A stretch of DNA of 45,301 bases from Candidatus Heimdallarchaeota archaeon (GCA_016839945.1 JAEOTE010000092.1:1-45301), one strand, 5' to 3'. Shown: positions 17,771 through 26,670, counted from the stretch's first letter. The notes: a model not told the origin generated them from the sequence alone. Numbers and translations are program-made.

Positions 17771-18727
17771 TTATTCTTTATAACAGCTTAACACTGCATC
17801 CCAGGCAACTTCGGAAGCTTCAATTCCAAAGGAAGTTAAAGGTAATTTTTTGTTTTCTATCTCTTGAGTGCTAACAATGTAAAGTGAATCACCATCATTA
17901 ATAGCATGAAAAGGTTGTATTGCACGAGCCATTGAAGCATGAATTTGTCTTCCAGCTTGTCTTAAAGAATAATCATCAAATTTCTGATTGGTTACTATTA
18001 GAGTTAGAGTTGTGTTTGTTGTAAGATTTTCATTCCTATCAGCTATTTGTGTATTAATATATTCTTTTGCATTAACTCTCTCATTTTTTGTTCGATCTAA
18101 AAATCCTCTTACAATTTCTCCATCTCGGTTAATTATTGCTCCTAGAGCATTTACTACTGTAAAAACTAATATTTTGGTATCTCCTACTTTGGTATAAGCT
18201 CCTCCTTGTCCTGCCATTTCAGCATATGAAAAATCTAGGCATTTTCCTACTGAAGCTGATATGCCTGCACCTTGAGGTCCTAATGGAAATTTACCTTCTA
18301 CAGCTATTTTCAAGGCTTCTCTTCCTAAATTTTTATCTGGATAGATTGAATTCTTTCTAGGTCCAAAATCATAGATTATTGCACCAGAGACTAATGGTAT
18401 TTCCAGCCAATTAGGAGAGTAATTCCTCCATTTGAGTAATTCAGCTGATACACCAGTTATGGCTTCATATCCCCATAAAGACCCTCCAGCAAAACAGATG
18501 GCATCAGCATAAGTTCTATTCTGTCCAATTACTCCAGGGGCTCCTCCTCTAATATCACTAGCCATTTTGACTCCTTTAGGAAAATAAAAAACTGTACATC
18601 CTGTTGGACCATCCTCATATTCAGCTATACCTATTTTTAATCCAGGAAAATCAAATTTTAAAATTGGTTCTTTGAAGGAAGTATTTAGCTTTAGCTCAGC
18701 ATCATCATTGGATATTAAATCATTCAT
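17771..18727 (-). CDS. peptidase S58/P1 family Ntn hydrolase, NylC (6-aminohexanoate-oligomer endohydrolase)-like
   Basis: FDFPGLKIG..YEDGPTGCTV, RGGAPG, IIYDF..R...YPDKNLG, SASVGK, GQGGA, VVNALG, autocleavage N|TT, IHASMARAIQPFH...DGD, ASEVAWDAVL. Confidence 0.88.
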   Translation of the reverse strand: MNDLISNDDAELKLNTSFKEPILKFDFPGLKIGIAEYEDGPTGCTVFYFPKGVKMASDIRGGAPGVIGQNRTYADAICFAGGSLWGYEAITGVSAELLKWRNYSPNWLEIPLVSGAIIYDFGPRKNSIYPDKNLGREALKIAVEGKFPLGPQGAGISASVGKCLDFSYAEMAGQGGAYTKVGDTKILVFTVVNALGAIINRDGEIVRGFLDRTKNERVNAKEYINTQIADRNENLTTNTTLTLIVTNQKFDDYSLRQAGRQIHASMARAIQPFHAINDGDSLYIVSTQEIENKKLPLTSFGIEASEVAWDAVLSCYKE

Positions 18728-18851
18728 ACAGAAAGTTGGAAATTAAATTATTAAGAGTTTCTTATTAAATAAAAAGAAAGTGAAGAATTATCGTCTTCAT
18801 TTCTTAAATGTAATTATATTTATATTACCAAAATATTGCCAATTTATAAGG

Positions 18852-20111
18852 ATGAAAATCAAACCTGAGACAATTAAAGAAATTGCAGCTGTTTTAATAC
18901 TATTAGTCATAGGTGTAAGTCTTCCAATATTAATAACATATGAGAAAGAATACAATATTGAAATAAAAAATGATAAAGACTTCAAGAAATACAAATTCCC
19001 TGGAAATGGATCTGTATCCAATCCTTATCTCATAGAAAATCTATCAATCATACGAGCAAAAAAAAGAGGAATATCTATTTCAAATACAAGTAAGTATTTT
19101 GTTATTAGAAATTGCACTCTTGGGTACAATTTATTTAATGGAATTAACATCCAATACATAAAAAATGGAACAGCTAAAATCTATGATAATGTTTGTTTTG
19201 GACATTCAGCAGAGGGAATAAATATAGTTTCTTCTGATTATCTCGAGGTTTACAATAATACTTGTTTTGATAATAAAATTGAACTAAATATTGAGAGTTC
19301 TAAACATTGTTATGTAGCTAATAATCATCTTTACAGATCTAGAGAAATTACTGGTCAAGAAAGATTTGTGTATAGTGGACTAATATTGAAGAATTCATTC
19401 TTTGTAACTATTGACAACAACAAAATTACTCAAACAACCCGAGGAATATATATAGAAAAAAGCTATAATTGTACCATATCAAATAACAACATAAATAAGG
19501 TTGCCAATTTAGGAGTAACTTTAATTTCAAGCTCATATTGTAACATTATCGGTACTACTAGCAAATCCACAATATATGATGGCTTTGTTTTTCGTCATTC
19601 TAACTATAATTACATTACAAATTGCAGTTCTATTGTAAATAATTTTGGATTTTATCTATCAGATAGTAGTGAAAATACTCTCTCCTTTAACAAAATTGAA
19701 AGGAATAGAGAAGGTCTCCATCTTACATCTAATAGTCATAATAACACTATAAGCTATAATGAATTTCTCAACAATACTGATGAAGGAGTTAATATTGATG
19801 GGGGTGAGTTTAATATTATTCATCATAACACTTTTTCTTTCAATAATCTTGGAGAAATTTCCCAAGCTCAGGATAATTCATCGAATAACATATGGTATGA
19901 CATTAATTCTCATGAAGGCAATTTTTGGAATGGGTGGAACAGCTCTGATCCTTATGTAATTATGGGAAGTGCAAATAGTACTGATTTATATCCATTAGAC
20001 GAACCCATTAACTTAATAATGAAGAATTATTTCATCAGAATTCATCAAGAATTGAAATCAATAGAAGGTTTCCAAAAATTGTTTATACACTTTTCAATTA
20101 CTAATTCATGA
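18852..20111 (+). CDS. membrane-anchored right-handed beta-helix (NosD/CASH-like) surface protein
   Basis: N-terminal TM, FPGNGSVSNPYLIENL, many GI.I..S.N..I.NN repeats, GNFW...DLYPL end. ORF is open from 18780; ATG 18852 preferred. Confidence 0.82.
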   Translation: MKIKPETIKEIAAVLILLVIGVSLPILITYEKEYNIEIKNDKDFKKYKFPGNGSVSNPYLIENLSIIRAKKRGISISNTSKYFVIRNCTLGYNLFNGINIQYIKNGTAKIYDNVCFGHSAEGINIVSSDYLEVYNNTCFDNKIELNIESSKHCYVANNHLYRSREITGQERFVYSGLILKNSFFVTIDNNKITQTTRGIYIEKSYNCTISNNNINKVANLGVTLISSSYCNIIGTTSKSTIYDGFVFRHSNYNYITNCSSIVNNFGFYLSDSSENTLSFNKIERNREGLHLTSNSHNNTISYNEFLNNTDEGVNIDGGEFNIIHHNTFSFNNLGEISQAQDNSSNNIWYDINSHEGNFWNGWNSSDPYVIMGSANSTDLYPLDEPINLIMKNYFIRIHQELKSIEGFQKLFIHFSITNS

Positions 20112-20132
20112 AAAAAAAAGGAAGATGCGAAT

Positions 20133-21323
20133 TTAACCACTTCTTTTCCACTTTCTTCTTTTTGTAATGATTATTGCAAGAACCATTAAGATTGGTGCAT
20201 AGGTAACAAATTTATAGCTAGTTTTAGTTGTTTTATCAATTAAGATAGAAGGATCTAAAACTCCTCTAACTGCTTTTGATGCATTCAAAAGTCCATATCC
20301 AAAGTAATCATCTTTTCCTGAATCTCCTAGATCAGTTGCTGATTTATGAAGAATATCTCTTATCTCTTTAACTGTTAAAGAATAATTCAAAGATTTCATC
20401 AAAGCGATAACACCAGAAACTTGTGAACATGCAAATGAAGTTCCCAATCCCCACCCATAGTATGAGTTAAAAGAATAAAACGGCATTGTGCTCCAAAGTT
20501 TAACACCACCACCTTCATCACCAACTGGAGCAACAATTTCAGTTGCTTCACCATAATTACTATAGTCAGCTTTTTCTTGATTATTGTTTGTTGCACCAAC
20601 AGCTATAACTATTTCACTAGCACCTGGGTGCTCTATGAAATTCCGTCCCCCTGTAGGTAACCATGTATTCCCTGTAACAGCTACTATCGGGATATTTTTC
20701 TCATAAGCATAAGCAAGTTCATCATAATATAATGAAGAATTATCAAAAGCATATAAGCTGAGATTTATTACATCAGCACCATTATCAGCAGCATAACGAA
20801 TAGCAGCTCCAAAATCCGTATAACTATAAAATGCTTCGTTGATGTCCATTAGTCTAACGTCCATAATTGTTACATTTGGAGCAACTCCCAGCATCCCATT
20901 ACTATCCCATGGTGCTACAATAGTTCCTGCTATAAAAGTGCCATGCCAATGAACTAGATCCCCTGGTTCTGGTCCAGGTGTTGAATCATCAGAACTAAAA
21001 TCCCAACCATGAACATCATCTATGTACCCATTTCCATCATCATCAATTGAATTATTAGCTATTTCATCTACGTTAGTCCAGGAAACATTTTGCAAATCAG
21101 GATGAGAAAAATCAATTCCTGTATCAATTACTGCAACAGTGATATCTTTCGATCCGTTAGTGATTCTTAAAGCATCTTTAAGATATATTTGTTCTTGAAA
21201 AAACTGATTCTCATGATTAATAGCTTTAGTCAGATTTATCAAGCTGTTTTGAGTGTTACTGAAGCTAAAGATAGATAAAGAAATAATAATAGTAAGTACA
21301 AAGATTGTTTTACTTTTAGACAT
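20133..21323 (-). CDS. subtilisin-like serine protease (S8), secreted and C-terminally anchored
   Basis: VAVIDTG, DDDGNGYIDDVHGWDF, HGTFIAG, TGN oxyanion Asn, GTSFAC, FGYGLLNA; signal peptide and TM + basic tail. Confidence 0.92.
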   Translation of the reverse strand: MSKSKTIFVLTIIISLSIFSFSNTQNSLINLTKAINHENQFFQEQIYLKDALRITNGSKDITVAVIDTGIDFSHPDLQNVSWTNVDEIANNSIDDDGNGYIDDVHGWDFSSDDSTPGPEPGDLVHWHGTFIAGTIVAPWDSNGMLGVAPNVTIMDVRLMDINEAFYSYTDFGAAIRYAADNGADVINLSLYAFDNSSLYYDELAYAYEKNIPIVAVTGNTWLPTGGRNFIEHPGASEIVIAVGATNNNQEKADYSNYGEATEIVAPVGDEGGGVKLWSTMPFYSFNSYYGWGLGTSFACSQVSGVIALMKSLNYSLTVKEIRDILHKSATDLGDSGKDDYFGYGLLNASKAVRGVLDPSILIDKTTKTSYKFVTYAPILMVLAIIITKRRKWKRSG

Positions 21324-21515
21324 AAATGAAAGACAGATTAGACATAAATAAATCTATTGTAGAATAGAAAAAACAAGAGAAAATACATGGATATTTTCAC
21401 AATTTAAATAAGGACTTTCACTTTCAAAAAGAGCTGAAAACCAAAAACAGAAGGCTTCTAATAATAACTTGCGACATGTATTATTTTCACTTTGAATAGT
21501 TTCAGTGAGCTGTGT

Positions 21516-21531
21516 CTCTAAACTATATAAA
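21516..21531 (+). promoter_or_regulatory. probable TATA box (CTATATAAA) of the TFB-like gene
   Basis: TATATAAA about 30 nt upstream of ATG 21561, consistent with a short-leader archaeal transcript. Confidence 0.4.
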
Positions 21532-21560
21532 CGTACAAAGTGATTTTTAGTACGATAGAA

Positions 21561-22493
21561 ATGTCAAAAACTATCTTACTTGAAGGAGATCTTATTTGCC
21601 CAGAATGTGGTGAAGATACATTCGCTACTACTACAGCTGATATTGTATGTAGGAACTGTGCATCAGTGGTAGAAAGGATTATTGAGGGAAGCCATTTTCT
21701 CCAAGGTGGAGAGAATGAAAGAATGGGTTCCCCAGAAAGTAGAAGAGGGGGAAAGAGTACTTTCTTCAAAATTCATGATGCGAATGCTGGTGAAAATAGA
21801 GACAGATATAAAAGATTGTGGAATGTGGAAAATTCAATTTATCATGCAGTTGACGAACAAAAGTCTAGATTGCTCTCAATATTAACAAAAATTGGTTTAT
21901 CAGAGAATGAAAGAAACTCTGTAATGTTCGAATTAAAAAAAGTGTATAATCAAGAACGCTTTCATAAAAGAAAAGTAACAAACATCTTCCTGCTAGCAGC
22001 TGCTATAACAATTAAGCAATTAAAGAATAAAGGAAGAGCAATCAGTATTAATGACATAGTAGGAATCTTCAAAGCTCACGGGTGCAAACTTTCAAGCAAA
22101 TCAATAAGAGATTACATTCTTGATCACAATATCAGTTACAAAACAAGCTCACCAAAGCAGTTTGTTCCAGTATATTTAGCAAAGTTAAAATCTAATGAAG
22201 TATTAAGGGATCGATTAAATCAGATTAATCCTAAAGATGAGCTTGTTGTTGATAAGATGTTTACAACTATTGAGAGATTAGCTACAAAGCTATCTGAAAT
22301 CAAACAAAGTGGAAGAAAACCAAGTGTATTTAGTGTTTCATGTTTGTATGTTGCAACCTGTATGGTGGGACAACGTTACACCGGTTCAAACCTTTTGACC
22401 AAAGAAGAAATATCAAGGTTCTGTAACATTCCAAGTACATCTCTTCGAGATCATACTAGATTTTTAATGAATAATGTGAAACTTAATCTCTAA
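21561..22493 (+). CDS. tfb: transcription initiation factor IIB-like protein (divergent TFB)
   Basis: Zn ribbon CPEC-x13-CRNC, ERMGSP, two cyclin-like repeats (LAAAI; SGRKPSVFSVSCLYVA..TKEEISRFCNI). ORF is open from GTG 21540. Confidence 0.75.
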   Translation: MSKTILLEGDLICPECGEDTFATTTADIVCRNCASVVERIIEGSHFLQGGENERMGSPESRRGGKSTFFKIHDANAGENRDRYKRLWNVENSIYHAVDEQKSRLLSILTKIGLSENERNSVMFELKKVYNQERFHKRKVTNIFLLAAAITIKQLKNKGRAISINDIVGIFKAHGCKLSSKSIRDYILDHNISYKTSSPKQFVPVYLAKLKSNEVLRDRLNQINPKDELVVDKMFTTIERLATKLSEIKQSGRKPSVFSVSCLYVATCMVGQRYTGSNLLTKEEISRFCNIPSTSLRDHTRFLMNNVKLNL

Positions 22494-22494
22494 A

Positions 22495-22540
22495 TTCCAT
22501 TTTTTTTAATTTTTTTCAATGTTTTTTTCCTTTTTATTTG
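22495..22540 (+). terminator. oligo-T archaeal terminator after the TFB-like gene
   Basis: Several consecutive T5-T8 runs directly after the stop codon. Confidence 0.45.
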
Positions 22541-22601
22541 TATATGAAACTTTAAAATGGTTTTTAAGGCAAAATTTCATACTTTATATTACTGATATAC
22601 A

Positions 22602-24509
22602 ATGGTTTCCAAAAGCGAACAGAAAAAAATCATTAAACTACTCAAATCTAAACTTACAATAGAAAGGCTTGATGGCTTACATGAGCTCAAATCAACAGGA
22701 CAAGAAGCAGGTTTTGCTATTTCAGAATTGTCTAATATTATTAAAAAAGATCAAGATGACCTGTGTATAATAAATGCTCTAGACATCATAGCTATGCTTT
22801 CAGAAACCAATGCTGAATATATTTCTATTATTGAACAAGCTGCTACTGCTGAAAGAGTAGGTGTTAAAAGAAAAGCTGAGAAGCTGTTAACAACAATTAG
22901 TGGAAGAGTTCAAATCGTACCAATAAGTGATGAAGAAGAAGCTCCTCTAACAGATGAGCTTTTTGAGAAAATAGAAGAACCAATAACTGAACAACCTACA
23001 ATAACAGTCCAAACTGATGTATCTGACGATATTAGTTTTGATTTAGAAGACTTTTCAGTTGGTGAAACAACTGAATTGCAGTCAGTACAAGCACTAGAAG
23101 TCCCAGCTGCTACATTTACTCCTGAAAGTATCCCCCCACCTCCTCCATCTAAAGTTGAAACACCTCCTCCAGAACCTCCACCTGTTCCTCCTGAACCAAT
23201 TGAAGAAGCAGCAATTCCTGAAATTGAAGAAGTTGAAGAAGTGGAATTAGAAGAAATAGAAGCTGTAAATGAATTTCAACTCATAGAATTAGAAGATGCT
23301 CCTCTTGAAAATTCTTTAAAAAATCTGTTATCCTTATCTCAGTCACTATCTTCAACTGAAGATACTGAAAAACTTACAATTATCCAAACAAAAATTACTA
23401 ATGTTTTAGATATGTTAACTGATCATTTACACGAAGTGATGGGTTTAGACAAAGAATTTGATCAACAAAAGTTCTTGGAATATACTTTCAGTGAAGATGA
23501 TGTTGAATATCTACGAAATATTGTATTACTCTTTGGATCTAAACTTCAGGATCAAATCAGTGATAAAGAAAGCATCAATTCTCTCATTTTCATGGGAGCA
23601 TTAGCACAAAAATTAAATTTATTTGATGAAACTGTAATAATTTACAATTTAATACTAAAACTCGATAACAACAATAAAGTTGTTTTGAATAATCTTGGGA
23701 TGCTTTTCGCTAAAATGGATGCAACAAATGAAGCAATTGATCAATTTCAACTTCTCCTTAAGTTAGAACCATCAAATGCTAAAATAAATGCAAAAATTGG
23801 TGATTTATTTTTATTCAAAAAAGAAGACTATGATGGAGCAATAGAATATTACAATAAATCTTTAGAAATTGATGAATCTTTATTCTCAACTGCTATGAAT
23901 TTAGCAGCTGCATTAAGTAAAAAAGAAGATTATGATGGTGCAACTTCTGTTCTCTTAAGGAGTCTTAAAACTAATGAAGGAATTCCTGATTTATGGTTAA
24001 ATTATGCAATTCTTCTCGTAAAGCAACTAAAGTTTCATGAAGCATTAGAAGCATATTCTAAAGCTTTAGATGTAGCTCCAGAGGATTGGAATTTTAAAGA
24101 AAGAGCTGAAACTGAGAAAGAGAAAGTAGAAAAAATACTTGAGTCTCCAAAATATGCAGAAACAGAAGAAGAAGATTTGCGTTATATGGTGGATAAAAGC
24201 AGTAAAGTTGAAATCAGTAAAGCCTTCATTTTTGCTCAAAAACCACTTGATGATGAGGTTTTCTTAGCTGTTTTTGATTGGTTTAAATCTAAGAAACATA
24301 AATATCTAATTGATGATGCCTTAGAACCAAAATATGGGAGTATTATGAATGAAGATCAATTCCCAATTGACCCATTAAGAGCTAAGGATTTTGGAGAAAT
24401 TATTTGGCCTGAGCAATTCGAAAAAGAATTAGATCTTTCAAAATTTCACTGTGAATTAGTCGATTTAGAAGGGTATGATAAAATAGTTGTTTTTATGGAA
24501 GAGATATAG
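22602..24509 (+). CDS. HEAT-like / acidic proline-rich linker / TPR protein
   Basis: N-terminal HEAT-like helices, IPPPPPSKVETPPPEPPPVPPEP, TPR units (VLNNLGMLF, AIEYYNKSLEID, LWLNYAILL, ALEAYSKALDVAP). Confidence 0.75.
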   Translation: MVSKSEQKKIIKLLKSKLTIERLDGLHELKSTGQEAGFAISELSNIIKKDQDDLCIINALDIIAMLSETNAEYISIIEQAATAERVGVKRKAEKLLTTISGRVQIVPISDEEEAPLTDELFEKIEEPITEQPTITVQTDVSDDISFDLEDFSVGETTELQSVQALEVPAATFTPESIPPPPPSKVETPPPEPPPVPPEPIEEAAIPEIEEVEEVELEEIEAVNEFQLIELEDAPLENSLKNLLSLSQSLSSTEDTEKLTIIQTKITNVLDMLTDHLHEVMGLDKEFDQQKFLEYTFSEDDVEYLRNIVLLFGSKLQDQISDKESINSLIFMGALAQKLNLFDETVIIYNLILKLDNNNKVVLNNLGMLFAKMDATNEAIDQFQLLLKLEPSNAKINAKIGDLFLFKKEDYDGAIEYYNKSLEIDESLFSTAMNLAAALSKKEDYDGATSVLLRSLKTNEGIPDLWLNYAILLVKQLKFHEALEAYSKALDVAPEDWNFKERAETEKEKVEKILESPKYAETEEEDLRYMVDKSSKVEISKAFIFAQKPLDDEVFLAVFDWFKSKKHKYLIDDALEPKYGSIMNEDQFPIDPLRAKDFGEIIWPEQFEKELDLSKFHCELVDLEGYDKIVVFMEEI

Positions 24510-24511
24510 AA

Positions 24512-26620
24512 CTATTTATTGTGAAACAGTTTTCCACTAATAAACTTCTTTTTTCTTTCTAGAATAAAAATAGCAACAAGAATTCCACTTCCAATTATAG
24601 GTGTTGTTACAGTAAGTGCGATTTTTCCCTTGGACCAACCTGAGTTGTAAATTTCATCTATTGTCTGAATTCCATCTTGGTTCTCAACTATGATTTGAAT
24701 TTTTCTAACTGAATTACTTATATTACTTAGAGAAATCTGAAAATTGTTTGGTTGCCATTGCGGAAGAAAATTAATTTTTCTCTCGTATATTATCTTTTTA
24801 TTAACTTTAACTTTTAGTGTACCTTCTGTAATATCATCAATTTTATAGCCATTCCATGTTGTTAGATTTAGATTTAATATTCCAGTTTCTAGATCTAACA
24901 TTTCATCTTCAATTTGAATAATTGGCTGCTCATAAAATCTTTCTACTAAGTGAACCCAAAAATAAGTATCATTAAAACCATTGATTATTAGTTCCCAAGC
25001 AATTTCTCCCTCTGTTGTAATCTCTGTTATAATTGTTGGACTTTTTTCATTTAAAACGAGTGCTCTATTCCCAAAAATCCCTAAAGTATTTCCTCCTGGT
25101 AATCTATCAGCATCACCGCCTGATTCAGGGAAGTAATATGTTTGATTAGTAGTTACCCATGACCAGAGTTCCCTCATAGTTTCCTCTTCTTCATTTATTT
25201 CAAACTCAAGAAATCTAGAGAAGCCTTGACTGTTCTTTAAGGTCATAGTATCAGGATTAGTCTCATTATACAAATCATTATCAAAAATTATGAATCTGTT
25301 CTTCCCTATCTTTTCCAAATTATGAGGAAAATGAAACAAAGAATCTACCAATCCTTCACTTTGATTATACATAGTAAAATTGCATAATCTTCCTGCTTCC
25401 CAAAGAATATCTTTAGTATTATAATCGATTTTAGCAATAGTGTCTAAATTCCGGATATTCAGATAAATTACTTCATCTTGTTTATCCCAGACAAAACTAT
25501 TGGAATGCATCCAATCTGCTCCACCTCTCGATGTTAAATTAAGTCCAAGACTTGTGTGACGAGTTGCATTAAATGGATATTGAGTTCTAGCGTCCCACTC
25601 CCAAATTATTTCTCCTTCTCTAGTATATTCTGTTAGTTTATCGTAAAGGATGTTTGCTCCATCCCATGATTCAGATGAATATACATATTCTAAAATAATG
25701 AATGTATCAGTTTCTGGATTATAATCGAAATCATGATGTCCTCCAGGAACATTTAGAGTTTCTACTTCTCCAGTTTTATAATTCCATAATTCCAAAAAGC
25801 CTTCTTGACCTCCCATTGCAACTATAGAAGAATCTATGAATTTGTGAACTGTATGAGCCGAATTTTCAAGTTCATATACAATTTCCCCCCTAGAATTAAC
25901 TATGAGCACTTTTCCTTGACTTGGAGTTGCTAAATCAGGTTCCCCATATTGACCAGGCTCTAAATCTATCTGAATGTAAGGAAGTAATGTTAATCCAGTA
26001 TCCCAGTATAAATCTCTTTTATCTGTTGAAATGACAAAATTATCTGTTATTTCTATTGGAGTAACATATGTCCCCATTATAGTAGCAGCAGCTGTTTCTA
26101 CAATTTGATTAACCTTGAGAACATCACCAAATTTCCCATCAAATGATAATGATCCTCTCTGGAAAGCTTTTCTTGGTGTAATCTCCTGCTTTATGATTCT
26201 CACCATAGTTGTAAAATTCAAACTTATGACGATGTTATAATTATCTGGAGGAGATGGTCCAATCTCTACAGTTAAAGAATCATTTTCGATAATGAACCAC
26301 ATGTCTTCTTCGTCACTTACATTAAACCATACTACATCATCCCAATCTTTTACTAGCTCCAATATCACAGGACTATGATCTGCAACATATTGAGAGAAAA
26401 TAACAAAATCATCCATGTTTTCCCAGATAAATGAATTATTCTCGAGTTTAGAGAATAAATCTACTTTAATATCAATAATTTCTACTGGTGCATTATCGAG
26501 GTTAAAAGGTACAGGTTTGTACTTGAAATGAATTGTAAGGAAGAAACTTAATCCTCCTGCGATGAAAATAAGAATTAAAGATCCGATTGAGAATAATAAG
26601 ATCTTAATCTTCTTTTTCAT
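24512..26620 (-). CDS. arylsulfate sulfotransferase (ASST)-like beta-propeller with N-terminal SCP2 lipid-binding domain, TM at both ends
   Basis: SCP2-like ISLNFTTMVRIIKQEITPRKAFQRGSLSFDGKFGDVLKV; ASST motifs GHHDF, DWMHSNS, FPHN, FDND, GDADRLPGGNTL. Confidence 0.8.
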   Translation of the reverse strand: MKKKIKILLFSIGSLILIFIAGGLSFFLTIHFKYKPVPFNLDNAPVEIIDIKVDLFSKLENNSFIWENMDDFVIFSQYVADHSPVILELVKDWDDVVWFNVSDEEDMWFIIENDSLTVEIGPSPPDNYNIVISLNFTTMVRIIKQEITPRKAFQRGSLSFDGKFGDVLKVNQIVETAAATIMGTYVTPIEITDNFVISTDKRDLYWDTGLTLLPYIQIDLEPGQYGEPDLATPSQGKVLIVNSRGEIVYELENSAHTVHKFIDSSIVAMGGQEGFLELWNYKTGEVETLNVPGGHHDFDYNPETDTFIILEYVYSSESWDGANILYDKLTEYTREGEIIWEWDARTQYPFNATRHTSLGLNLTSRGGADWMHSNSFVWDKQDEVIYLNIRNLDTIAKIDYNTKDILWEAGRLCNFTMYNQSEGLVDSLFHFPHNLEKIGKNRFIIFDNDLYNETNPDTMTLKNSQGFSRFLEFEINEEEETMRELWSWVTTNQTYYFPESGGDADRLPGGNTLGIFGNRALVLNEKSPTIITEITTEGEIAWELIINGFNDTYFWVHLVERFYEQPIIQIEDEMLDLETGILNLNLTTWNGYKIDDITEGTLKVKVNKKIIYERKINFLPQWQPNNFQISLSNISNSVRKIQIIVENQDGIQTIDEIYNSGWSKGKIALTVTTPIIGSGILVAIFILERKKKFISGKLFHNK

Positions 26621-26670
26621 TTAATCAAATGAAAAAAGCATCTTTTACTTTTCAACTTTGTGCTTTAAAT

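Noticed and set aside
18780-20111. Nitrous-oxide reductase (nos) function for the NosD-like protein
   Set aside because: No nosZ/F/Y nearby; such beta-helix proteins are common archaeal surface proteins.
13771-21885. Short shadow ORFs (13771, 17375, 17988, 18797, 19659, 19759, 20399, 21518, 21682)
   Set aside because: Overlap longer genes with clear motifs.
23120-23260. CCT/CCA and GAA-rich low-complexity DNA as a repeat element
   Set aside because: Fully explained by Pro- and Glu-rich coding sequence.
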